DNA from: Chloroflexota bacterium
GTDB lineage: Bacteria > Chloroflexota > Dehalococcoidia > Lucifugimonadales > GCA-002723415
Length of the DNA: 64,000 bases
Assembly (NCBI GenBank): GCA_002721445.1
Contig: PBKN01000007.1
Location: 75,211-139,210, forward strand
Direction of reading: 5' to 3'
Of this stretch, positions 39,866-48,488 are shown in pieces (the stretch's first letter is position 1; each line of letters begins with the position of its first letter). A model generated the notes under the pieces. It made no database searches. It was not told where the DNA came from and was given only the letters and a program-made list of their open reading frames with translations. The position numbers and the translations under genes are program-made.

Positions 39866-42043
39866 TTATATTTTTTCAATATTAGCAAGACTTAATAATA
39901 ATTTTTTTATGCCAATAGGTTTTTTAAAAGCTATTGTAGCTTCACAATCTGTTTTTACGGGATTTAAGGAAATTATTAGACCTTTTCCAAATTTAGAATG
40001 AGTTACTTTATCACCTGTTTTAAACCTGATAGTGTTTTCAATTTTATTTGATTTTGGTTTAGTTTGTATTTCAGATTTATTTTGGTTTTTGTTTAATTTA
40101 ACATCAATAGAATCCCGGGGAATTTCTTTTAAAAACCTTGAAGGAATACCTACTCTAGTTTCACCCCAGATCCCATGCTTAAAAGATCTAGTAAGAAATA
40201 AATTGGTCTTAGCCCTAGTCATTCCTACATAAAACAATCTACGCTCTTCTTCTATTTGTTCAATACTTTCTAAAGATCTTGAATGTGGAAGTAAACCTTC
40301 TTCCATTCCAATAATAAATACTGCTTTATATTCAAGTCCTTTTGATTGATGTAGAGTAATTAAAGTAGCTTTTTTTGAGTTTTCTTCCATAGAATCAATA
40401 TCACTTACTAAGCTTATGTTTTCTAAAAAATTGTTTAGGCTTTCTTTTGTGTCTGTGTCTATAAATTCTTGTGCAGAAATTCGGAATTCTTTAATGTTTT
40501 CCCATTTTTCTTCAGGATTTTCTTGAGTATTTCTTACATGATTTTCATACGAGAATAGTTCTAAAGTTAAATCAATTATTTCTAATAAATTTAAATTTTT
40601 TATTTGGGATCTTATTTTTGAAAAAATATTTAATACATTTATTAAAGTTTTTTGTTGTGAAGGAGAAATATTTTCCGAATTTAATTCAATTTCTTTTTTA
40701 TCAGAAGTTAAAATTTCTATTGCTGAATATATAGATGTATTTAAAAATTCAGCTGAATTTTTTATTCGTTCTATAGTTTTTTTACCAATTCCTTTAGCAG
40801 GTATATTTATAATTCGCGTTAAACTTATATCATCGTTAGGGTTATTTATGACTCGTAAATATGAAGTTAAATCTTTTATTTCTTGCCTTCTGTAAAATTT
40901 TAAACTACCTATTATTTGATAAGGGATTCCAAATTTCAAGCATGCATTTTCAATCGCTCTAGATTGTGCATTCACTCTGTACATTATGGCTATTTCATTC
41001 AGGGGTATGTTTTTTGTTAGAAGTTTTTTTATTTCATTAATTACAAATGCAGCTTCATCTTCTTGATTAAATGCTTCCTTAATAACTATTGGGTCACCAA
41101 TTTTATTTTTTGTCCAAAGTTCATTTTTTATTCTAAGAGTATTTACTTCGATTAATTTTTTTGCAGCAGATAAAATAACTGATGAAGACCTGTAATTTTC
41201 TGATAAAGATATTGTTTTAGAATCAGGGAAATCTTCTTGAAATTTAATTAAATTTCTGACATCTGCATTTCTCCAAGAATATATAGATTGGTCAGGATCT
41301 CCAACTACGCATAAATTACGGTTAGATGATGAAAGCATTTTAGCAATTTTATATTGAACTAAATTAGTATCCTGAAATTCATCAACTAATACATGTTTAT
41401 ATCTTTCTTTAAGCTGATTTTCCAGAATTGTTGTTTCGCTAAATAGAGAATAAACTTTCAATAATAAATCATCGAAGTCTAAAGAGTTTAATTGAGTTAA
41501 TTTTAGAGAGTATTTTGCATATATTCTTGCTAGTAACTCATCAAAATAGCTTTCAGTATTAGATGCAATATATTCATATGTCAATAATTTACTTTTAGCC
41601 GCTGAAATATTAGATTGGAATATTTTAGGGAGGAATTTTTTTTGATCTATTTCTAATTCATTCATTATTTGCTTAATTAAAGCCAACTGATCTAAGTCAT
41701 CGTAAATTGAAAAATCTGAACTTATATTTATATGATCACCGTATATTCTTAATGTTCTAGCACAAAAAGAATGAAACGTGCTTGCATGTATTGCGTCAGG
41801 GTTTATTTGATCAATTAATGATGATAGCCTAGACTTCATTTCTTCTGCTGCTTTATTTGTAAAAGTCATAGCTATAATATTTTCTGATGAGCATTTGTTA
41901 TTCTCAATTAAATATGCGATTCTATGAGTTATCGTTCTAGTTTTACCACTGCCAGGGCCTGCAACTACCAATAATGGACCATTAATAGTAGTTACCACTT
42001 CCTTTTGAGGATCATTTAAATTTTTTAATAAATTATTTTTCAT
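39866..42043 (-). CDS. pcrA: ATP-dependent DNA helicase, UvrD/PcrA family
   Basis: Walker A AGPGSGKTR, DEFQDTN, LSENYRSS, TLHQSKGLEY, VGMTRAK; C-terminal GDKVTHSKFGKG Tudor-like tail. Confidence 0.9.
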   Translation of the reverse strand: MKNNLLKNLNDPQKEVVTTINGPLLVVAGPGSGKTRTITHRIAYLIENNKCSSENIIAMTFTNKAAEEMKSRLSSLIDQINPDAIHASTFHSFCARTLRIYGDHINISSDFSIYDDLDQLALIKQIMNELEIDQKKFLPKIFQSNISAAKSKLLTYEYIASNTESYFDELLARIYAKYSLKLTQLNSLDFDDLLLKVYSLFSETTILENQLKERYKHVLVDEFQDTNLVQYKIAKMLSSSNRNLCVVGDPDQSIYSWRNADVRNLIKFQEDFPDSKTISLSENYRSSSVILSAAKKLIEVNTLRIKNELWTKNKIGDPIVIKEAFNQEDEAAFVINEIKKLLTKNIPLNEIAIMYRVNAQSRAIENACLKFGIPYQIIGSLKFYRRQEIKDLTSYLRVINNPNDDISLTRIINIPAKGIGKKTIERIKNSAEFLNTSIYSAIEILTSDKKEIELNSENISPSQQKTLINVLNIFSKIRSQIKNLNLLEIIDLTLELFSYENHVRNTQENPEEKWENIKEFRISAQEFIDTDTKESLNNFLENISLVSDIDSMEENSKKATLITLHQSKGLEYKAVFIIGMEEGLLPHSRSLESIEQIEEERRLFYVGMTRAKTNLFLTRSFKHGIWGETRVGIPSRFLKEIPRDSIDVKLNKNQNKSEIQTKPKSNKIENTIRFKTGDKVTHSKFGKGLIISLNPVKTDCEATIAFKKPIGIKKLLLSLANIEKI

Positions 42044-42100
42044 AAATTTAATTTAGGTTGAAATGTATTTATTTGGTAAAGAAAAGTATACTAAATTTTT

Positions 42101-42532
42101 TTATTTAGTTATTTTAAGTTTTTCTTCACTTATATTCCCTGATTCAGATATTGAATATATTTTTAAAACTGGGTTTTCTTTATCTTCTAAGGATATTAAA
42201 AAATAAATTATATCAGTCCAGCCACTTTCTAGAGCCATCCTTACATCTGTATCGGAAGGGTATGCTTTGCTATGAGTATGAGAATGGTAAAAAGCAATAA
42301 AATCTATATTTTTATCTCTTGTGTCTTTATCAGCATCAAGTAAATCTTTGGAGTCCATTAAATATCTATAAGGACTTTTAGCAGTATTCTTGACTAAGTA
42401 AATATTTGAAACATTATTATTTTTACCTGCTAGTATTCCGCAGCATTCATTAGGAAATTCATCTAATGAATGCTGATATATTTTATCAATAAAATTTTGA
42501 TTAATACTTAACAATTTTATTCTCTGATTCAA
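42101..42532 (-). CDS. JAMM/MPN+ metalloprotease (Mec/QbsD/HcyD-like)
   Basis: 143 aa with ECCGIL (catalytic Glu) and JAMM motif HSHTHSKAYPSDTD. Confidence 0.8.
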   Translation of the reverse strand: MNQRIKLLSINQNFIDKIYQHSLDEFPNECCGILAGKNNNVSNIYLVKNTAKSPYRYLMDSKDLLDADKDTRDKNIDFIAFYHSHTHSKAYPSDTDVRMALESGWTDIIYFLISLEDKENPVLKIYSISESGNISEEKLKITK

Positions 42533-42646
42533 GTGTCAATTTTAGTTTGTAAATATATTTAACATTGATTTTCATGTTATACTTTTAGTATAGATTGTAG
42601 CAAGTGATTAAAATTTAGAAATATAAATTTTGCACATAAAGAAGGG

Positions 42647-43705
42647 GTGTTTTTGAAAAAATCTAAAATAATTGATCTTAATCTAGTTAGATCTGATAAA
42701 CTTTTGACTCCAGCTGAATTGATTGAAAAATTGCCGCTTACAACCGAAATAGAAGAGACCGTATTTAGAGGTAGAAAGCAAATTAGAAAAATCTTAGATG
42801 GAGAGGATTCTAGGTTTATCATGATAGTTGGACCTTGCTCAATTCATGATGAAAAAGCTGCATTAGAATATGCTACTAAATTAAAAGAAATTACGAAGCC
42901 TTTCGAAGATAAATTTTTGACAATTATGAGAGTGTATTTTGAAAAACCTAGGACTACAGTTGGATGGACTGGTTTTTTATATGATCCTGATTTAGATGAT
43001 TCATTCAATATGGCGGAAGGTTTGTTTAGAGGTAGGAAGCTTTTACTTGATTTAACTAGTAAAGGCATTTATTCTTCTACTGAAATACTTGACCCATTTG
43101 TTCCTCAATATATATGTGACTTGATCTCTTGGGTAGCAATAGGTGCGCGAACTGTTGAAAGCCAAACTCACAGACAATTAGCTAGTGGCTTAAGTATGCC
43201 TGTAGGCTTAAAAAATGGTACCGGAGGGAGTACTCAAGTTGCAATTGACGCTATGATTGCTGCAAAATCTGAACATGGATTTTTGGGTATAAATTTTGAC
43301 GGCCAGCCTTCTTTAGTTCGTACTAAAGGGAATCCTTATGTTCACCTTGTTTTAAGAGGAGGCAATAAGTCTCCAAATTTTGACTCTGAATCAGTAATGG
43401 AAGCATTGTCTAGCTTAGAAGATTCTAAATTAAAACCTCAGGTTTTAATTGATTGTAGTCATGCGAATTGCCAAAAAGATCATAAGAAAATGAATATTGC
43501 TTTTCGTAGTGCTATTGAGCAAAGAGCTAAGGGTAATTTAGGTATAATTGGTGCTATGTTGGAAAGTAATTTAGTTGCAGGTAAGCAAAGTCTTGATCAA
43601 TCTAACATTAATTTAGAATATGGAAAATCAATTACTGATCCATGTATAGATTTAGATGAAACAAAAGAGCTTTTAACATGGGCTTATAATACTTTGGATA
43701 TTTAG
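42647..43705 (+). CDS. aroG: 3-deoxy-7-phosphoheptulonate (DAHP) synthase, class I
   Basis: GPCSIHD, EKPRTTVGWTGF, GARTVESQTHRQLASGLSMPVGLKNGT, IDCSHAN. Isozyme not determinable. GTG start. Confidence 0.88.
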   Translation: MFLKKSKIIDLNLVRSDKLLTPAELIEKLPLTTEIEETVFRGRKQIRKILDGEDSRFIMIVGPCSIHDEKAALEYATKLKEITKPFEDKFLTIMRVYFEKPRTTVGWTGFLYDPDLDDSFNMAEGLFRGRKLLLDLTSKGIYSSTEILDPFVPQYICDLISWVAIGARTVESQTHRQLASGLSMPVGLKNGTGGSTQVAIDAMIAAKSEHGFLGINFDGQPSLVRTKGNPYVHLVLRGGNKSPNFDSESVMEALSSLEDSKLKPQVLIDCSHANCQKDHKKMNIAFRSAIEQRAKGNLGIIGAMLESNLVAGKQSLDQSNINLEYGKSITDPCIDLDETKELLTWAYNTLDI

Positions 43706-43736
43706 AAATTGAATAATTAATAATTTAGGAGAATAT

Positions 43737-44108
43737 TTGTTAATGGAATATGGTGAATTAATATTAGGCCAAGGTATTGATATTGAAACTACTGTTACAA
43801 TCGAAATGACTATTAACAGAACAGGTAAAGAAGGGGATGAAGTTTTATCAACACCTCAGCTTCTTAATTTAATGGAACAAGCTTGTATACAGTTATCAGA
43901 TCCACTACTAAATGATGGTTACACTACTGTAGGATATGCTGTTGATGGTTTAAGGCATATTGGTCCAGCAAAAATAGGTCAAAAAGTTTCAATAAAGTCT
44001 GAGCTTATAAATATTGATAATAATAAACTTTCATATAATATTGAAGCTTTTGAATCCAATAATAAATTTGGTTTTGCAACTCATAAAAGAGCAATAATAT
44101 CTAAATAA
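43737..44108 (+). CDS. Hotdog-fold thioesterase-like protein
   Basis: 123 aa; the pattern STPQLLNLMEQAC...GYTTVGYAVDGLRHIGPAKIGQKV resembles small hotdog thioesterases. Weak by-eye assignment. Confidence 0.45.
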   Translation: MLMEYGELILGQGIDIETTVTIEMTINRTGKEGDEVLSTPQLLNLMEQACIQLSDPLLNDGYTTVGYAVDGLRHIGPAKIGQKVSIKSELINIDNNKLSYNIEAFESNNKFGFATHKRAIISK

Positions 44109-44260
44109 CTATAGATTCTAATTTTGGATTTATTTTTATTATAGATTGTAAAGATTTGTTTCCTTTGATATACTTTGAGCATCTTAGGGTGTATAATTTA
44201 TTTTCTTCATTATTTAAGAATATATAAGGTTTTAAGATGTAATTTTTTAAGGAGGTAGAA

Positions 44261-45133
44261 GTGAAATGGGTTGATTATGCGCAGCCATCTACATTAGATG
44301 ATGCGTTGAATTTATTAAAGAAACATGGTGATAAAGCTGGCCTGCTAGCTGGTGGAACAGACTTGCTTGTATTGTTGAGAGCAAATGCTAAAGCGTCTGA
44401 TGTTATTGTTGATATTAAAAGTGTACCTGAGTTAAATCAAATTAAATTTGACAATAATTCTGGTTTAACTATTGGGGCTTCTGTACCTTGTCATGAAATA
44501 TACAATGATAGTAATGTTAAAAAATATTATCCAGGTATAATTGATTCGGCATCTATTATTGGAGGGACCCAGATTCAAGGACGTGCAAGTCTTGGAGGTA
44601 ATCTTTGTAATTCTGCACCTAGTGCAGATGCGGTTCCTGGAATGATAGCAATGGGAGTTACTTGTAAAATAGCTGGTTCTAATGGGCATAGGGAAATTCC
44701 TGTAGAGGAATTTTGTCTAGCTCCTCGTAAAAATGTTTTAAAATCTGATGAATTATTAGTATCATTGAATTATCCAGCACCAAAACCTAATACAGGTGCA
44801 AGATATATAAGGTTTATTCCAAGAAATGAAATGGATATAGCTGTTGTAGGTGTTGGAGTATATGTAGAATTGGATAATAATAAATTTAAAGATGTACGTA
44901 TTTCTTTGGCATCTGTTGCGCCTAAGCCCATTTTTGTTAAAGAAGCTGGAGATGCTGTTATAGGTAAGGATGTTAACGAAGATAGTATAAATATTGTTGC
45001 ACAAAAAGCAAAAGAAGCTGCTACACCAATTACTGACATGCGCGGTACAATTGAATTTAGAAAACATCTTTGTGAAGTTTTAACTAGAAGGGCATTAATT
45101 ACCGCTATCGAAAGAGCTAAGGAGACAATATAA
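44261..45133 (+). CDS. Molybdenum hydroxylase family FAD-binding (medium, CoxM/CutM/XdhB-like) subunit
   Basis: AGGTDLLVLLR FAD motif; 290 aa. GTG start 6 nt after AAGGAGG. Confidence 0.85.
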   Translation: MKWVDYAQPSTLDDALNLLKKHGDKAGLLAGGTDLLVLLRANAKASDVIVDIKSVPELNQIKFDNNSGLTIGASVPCHEIYNDSNVKKYYPGIIDSASIIGGTQIQGRASLGGNLCNSAPSADAVPGMIAMGVTCKIAGSNGHREIPVEEFCLAPRKNVLKSDELLVSLNYPAPKPNTGARYIRFIPRNEMDIAVVGVGVYVELDNNKFKDVRISLASVAPKPIFVKEAGDAVIGKDVNEDSINIVAQKAKEAATPITDMRGTIEFRKHLCEVLTRRALITAIERAKETI

Positions 45134-45619
45134 ATGAATGCGAAAGTTCATGTTCAAACAAAAATAAATGGAGAGCAAGTAGATTTTCTTTGTGAGCCAA
45201 GACAAAGTTTATTGGAATGCCTTAGAGATATTATTGGTTTAACAGGTTCGAAAGAAGGCTGTAATGATGGTAATTGCGGCGCTTGTACTGTACTTTTTGA
45301 TGGCAGAATTGTAACTTCTTGTTTAGTATTAGGTGTTGAAGTCCAAGGTAAAGAAATAACTACTATTGAAGGAATTGCATCTCCTGAAGGGCTACATCCG
45401 ATTCAGGAAGCATTTCTTGAAAATGCTGCTTTGCAATGTGGTATTTGTACTCCAGGATTTATAGTAGCAACTAAAGCACTTTTGGATCATAATCCTAATC
45501 CTTCTGAATATCAGATTAGATTTTGGTTAGCTAATAATCTTTGCAGATGCACTGGGTACGATAAAATTGTTCTTGCTGTCCAAGATGCAGCTGGAAGGTT
45601 AGCAGCGTCTAAAAATTAA
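45134..45619 (+). CDS. Molybdenum hydroxylase family [2Fe-2S] (small, CoxS/CutS-like) subunit
   Basis: CNDGNCGACTV, CGICTPGF, CRCTGY cysteine motifs; start abuts the medium-subunit stop. Confidence 0.9.
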   Translation: MNAKVHVQTKINGEQVDFLCEPRQSLLECLRDIIGLTGSKEGCNDGNCGACTVLFDGRIVTSCLVLGVEVQGKEITTIEGIASPEGLHPIQEAFLENAALQCGICTPGFIVATKALLDHNPNPSEYQIRFWLANNLCRCTGYDKIVLAVQDAAGRLAASKN

Positions 45620-45689
45620 TTTAATATTATTTAACTTGATTTAGATTATTGCTTTAATATTGCTTTTAGTTTATTTATTGGAGTAGCTT

Positions 45690-45968
45690 ATGGCTTGTGT
45701 TTACATACCTTCTCTTATGCAAAAATTGTCTAATGGGATTTCTCAAATTGAAGTTGACGGGCAAAATGTAAGAGAAGTAATAGATAATTTAGATTTAAAA
45801 TTTCCTGGCATTAAAGATAAATTAGTTGAAAATAAAGGACCTATACCAAAATTAAAGTCAAGTATATCTGTAGCAGTAGATGGTCAAATAACTAATGTTG
45901 GTTTGATACAAAAAATTTCACCAAATTGTGAAATTCATTTTTTGCCAGCTATTGCCGGAGGAAGTTAA
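45690..45968 (+). CDS. ThiS/MoaD-family ubiquitin-like sulfur-carrier protein ending GG-S
   Basis: 92 aa; C-terminus ...CEIHFLPAIAGGS, a typical beta-grasp sulfur-carrier ending plus one extra Ser. Confidence 0.7.
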   Translation: MACVYIPSLMQKLSNGISQIEVDGQNVREVIDNLDLKFPGIKDKLVENKGPIPKLKSSISVAVDGQITNVGLIQKISPNCEIHFLPAIAGGS

Positions 45969-45974
45969 AATATA

Positions 45975-46241
45975 TTAAATTTTTAACCCCATATCAGACC
46001 CTTTTTTTAGTGATTTTGATATAGTTTCAATTAATTTTTTTGCAGATTCGGGGGTTAACTCTATAGCTATTCGTTTATTATTTTCTTCTACTTCTTGTAT
46101 GAAATCAATATTGATTGAATAATCCATGTGTAGATGCGTAGGGTGGTCAAATGACACATTGGCTTGCGAGAATTTAAACCAACCTTTACTACCTTTTCCG
46201 CTACCTTGCACATTAGTTTTTTCTATTAGCATTGTGCACAT
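45975..46241 (-). CDS. Hypothetical protein
   Basis: 88-aa ORF filling the gap between convergent neighbours. No family recognised with confidence. Confidence 0.45.
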   Translation of the reverse strand: MCTMLIEKTNVQGSGKGSKGWFKFSQANVSFDHPTHLHMDYSINIDFIQEVEENNKRIAIELTPESAKKLIETISKSLKKGSDMGLKI

Positions 46242-46266
46242 TTTATACCTCCGTTGATAAATTTAA

Positions 46267-47031
46267 TTATAATTTTCTTTCAAGAAAGTCAAATATTTTT
46301 TCCCATCCATCTTGGCATGCTTCTGGTCTATATACAGGTTTATCGTAGTAAAAGAAGCCATGACCTGCTGATTCATACATATGAAATTCATAATTTTTGT
46401 TATGTTTTTTTAATTCATTTTCATGTATTTTTACTTGTTCTGGTGTAGGGCTTTCATCATCTGCTCCAAAAAGTCCAAGAATTGGGCAATTCAATTCTTT
46501 AGTGTAATCGACAGGTGAAACTGGTTGCTTATCATTTAATTCTTCTTTTGACATAACAACTTTTCCTCCCCAACATTCTATTACAGCATCAAATCCTTTT
46601 TCATTACAAGCAGTAAGAAATGCATGTCTTCCTCCAGAACATGTTCCAAATACTGCAACTTTACCATTAGAATAAGGAAGATTTTTTAAGTACTTCATTG
46701 CTTTAGTGACATCTCCAATTACTTGTTCGTCTGGAGCTCCTCCTTCAGCTCGAACCTTAGCAGCTATATCATCAGGTTCCCCGTGTCCATCTCGAAAATA
46801 TAAATTTGGAGAAATAGCAGCAAATCCATGATGAGCAAATTTCCTTGTCGTTTCCCTATACCATTCATCCCAGCCTGGTAAGTGATGAATTAAAACTATA
46901 CCAGGGACAGCTTTACTGTTTATTGGTCTAGCAAAATAAGCATTTATTTGGTCATTGTTATGTCCATTTATATTAATTGTTTCAGCTATCATTCCTTCAT
47001 ACATATCAGTGGTATACATTTTATCTCCCAT
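46267..47031 (-). CDS. Dienelactone hydrolase family protein
   Basis: 254 aa alpha/beta hydrolase; VLIHHLPGWDEW, FGTCSGGRHAF nucleophile region, HGFF near the C-terminus. Confidence 0.75.
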   Translation of the reverse strand: MGDKMYTTDMYEGMIAETININGHNNDQINAYFARPINSKAVPGIVLIHHLPGWDEWYRETTRKFAHHGFAAISPNLYFRDGHGEPDDIAAKVRAEGGAPDEQVIGDVTKAMKYLKNLPYSNGKVAVFGTCSGGRHAFLTACNEKGFDAVIECWGGKVVMSKEELNDKQPVSPVDYTKELNCPILGLFGADDESPTPEQVKIHENELKKHNKNYEFHMYESAGHGFFYYDKPVYRPEACQDGWEKIFDFLERKL

Positions 47032-47060
47032 GTCATTTTGTATTTTTATTATATCAATAC

Positions 47061-47903
47061 TTATAAATTCATAGTAAAGTTAGGCATTAGGTCTGAATCT
47101 AGTTCTTGTGATTTCAATATTTGATTTTGAGGATTTATTAATACCGAATCTATTCCAAATTGGTTAGCACCTTTTATATCTGTCATTATTTGATCTCCTA
47201 ACATAACCATGTTATTTGTTAGGGTTAATTTATAGACAATTTCAAATAGATATTTATAAGGTTTCCCAATTCGAAATAGTTTGTAATTAGTCCATGTTGG
47301 AAAATTATATTTTATTGCCTCTTCTATTATAATTGCAATAGTTGCAGGTCCATAAGCCCAAGTATTAAGTTTTATAGGAAATATAACGTCAGGATTTAAT
47401 AATATAATATTTATAAATTCATCTTTATTAATTTTATTGAAGACAGAATTTATAACTGAATTAATAGTTTTAGTAAATTGAAATCCGGATTGATCGCCTA
47501 TAATTAATGTATCAAAATCATCTTGAGGTGAAACATAAATTCCACCAGCATTTTCTACATATTTAATGGTGTCGTTGTTTCCTATTATTATACATTTACT
47601 ATTTAATAAAGATTTTTCTTTAAAAAATAGTTTTAGTGCACAACCTGAAGTAATTATGTTATTTGTATTAATATTTAGTCCAAGTTTTTGATATTTTAAT
47701 GCAGTCTTATTTGGGAGAACAGATGCGTCATTGGTTAATACGTAAAAAGGTTTTTTTGCTTCTAATAAAGAGTTAACTAAAGTTTTTGCGCCATTTACCA
47801 AACCAAATTCTCGAATTAATACACCATAACTATCAAGTAAAACTACAGAATATTTATTAAGTATTTTCTTAATAGTTATGGGTGCAATATTAATTGAATT
47901 CAT
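47061..47903 (-). CDS. HAD-superfamily class IIA hydrolase
   Basis: Motif I VVLLDSYGVL, LTND, MLGDQIMTDIKGA motif IV; 280 aa. Confidence 0.7.
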   Translation of the reverse strand: MNSINIAPITIKKILNKYSVVLLDSYGVLIREFGLVNGAKTLVNSLLEAKKPFYVLTNDASVLPNKTALKYQKLGLNINTNNIITSGCALKLFFKEKSLLNSKCIIIGNNDTIKYVENAGGIYVSPQDDFDTLIIGDQSGFQFTKTINSVINSVFNKINKDEFINIILLNPDVIFPIKLNTWAYGPATIAIIIEEAIKYNFPTWTNYKLFRIGKPYKYLFEIVYKLTLTNNMVMLGDQIMTDIKGANQFGIDSVLINPQNQILKSQELDSDLMPNFTMNL

Positions 47904-47950
47904 AACTTAATAGACATACGTCTAATTTAAAATTAAATTATATTTAATTG

Positions 47951-48292
47951 TTATTCAGTTGATTCAGTTGCTTCTGGGCTTGAAGTTTTACCACCACGAG
48001 ATTCATAGCAGTCACTGCAATAAACTGGCCTATCGCCTCTTGGGCGAAAAGGTACAGTTGATTCTTTGTTACAATCAGCGCATTCGATTGTATGCATTTC
48101 TCTAGGCCTTCTGTTGCCAAATCCTCCACCACCCATAGAGTTTCGATTTGAGCGTCTTACAGCCCTACATGTTCTGCACCTTTTTGGGTCATTCTCATAA
48201 CCTTTTTCTGCATGGTAGCTTTGGTCTTCTGCGCTAAAAGTGAAACTTTCATTACACTCTACACAACTTAATTCACGGTCGGTAAATTCCAC
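47951..48292 (-). CDS. Double zinc-ribbon protein (CxxC-x17-CxxC type) with Arg/Gly-rich linker
   Basis: CVEC...CRTC and CADC...CSDC pairs separated by RRSNRNSMGGGGFGNRRPRE; 113 aa. Confidence 0.75.
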   Translation of the reverse strand: MEFTDRELSCVECNESFTFSAEDQSYHAEKGYENDPKRCRTCRAVRRSNRNSMGGGGFGNRRPREMHTIECADCNKESTVPFRPRGDRPVYCSDCYESRGGKTSSPEATESTE

Positions 48293-48488
48293 TGGGGTAT
48301 CCTCCTAAAACAATTTAATGTTTAATGTTTAATAAAAATAAAAAAATTCAATATCAAAAAATAATAAAAAATATTACTAAAAGTTGGGGTAAAAGTTAAA
48401 TGGGCCATAGAAAAATGTGACAGGTAGAAATTAAATTATTCCAAAATTATATTATAAATAAAATATTATTATATCACATTTATATAAA

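Noticed and set aside
42577-42822. 81-aa - strand ORF spanning the JAMM/aroG divergent region
   Set aside because: It overlaps the 5' end of the DAHP synthase gene on the opposite strand and the likely promoter region. It has no ribosome-binding site and a low-complexity translation.
44192-44197. TATAAT upstream of the CoxM-like gene as a promoter
   Set aside because: I could not find an acceptable -35 at 16-18 nt spacing (TTGATA is 21 nt away). An isolated TATAAT is expected by chance in AT-rich DNA.
44465-45067. Three - strand ORFs (74, 101, 89 aa)
   Set aside because: They are antisense to the CoxM-like gene and mutually overlapping. They have no support.
47850-47903. HAD motif I reads DSYGV instead of DxDG(T/V)
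   Set aside because: As I recall, a subfamily of class IIA HAD hydrolases naturally lacks the second Asp. This is probably a family trait and not a lesion, and I cannot verify it without an alignment.
47944-48132. 62-aa - strand ORF
   Set aside because: It is an alternative frame of the double zinc-ribbon gene. The zinc-ribbon frame has the paired CxxC motifs.
48293-48488. 196-nt AT-rich spacer with a short tandem (ttaatgt x2.5), as a possible small RNA or repeat element
   Set aside because: No stable secondary structure or conserved motif is recognisable. It is most likely promoter regions for the two flanking - strand genes.
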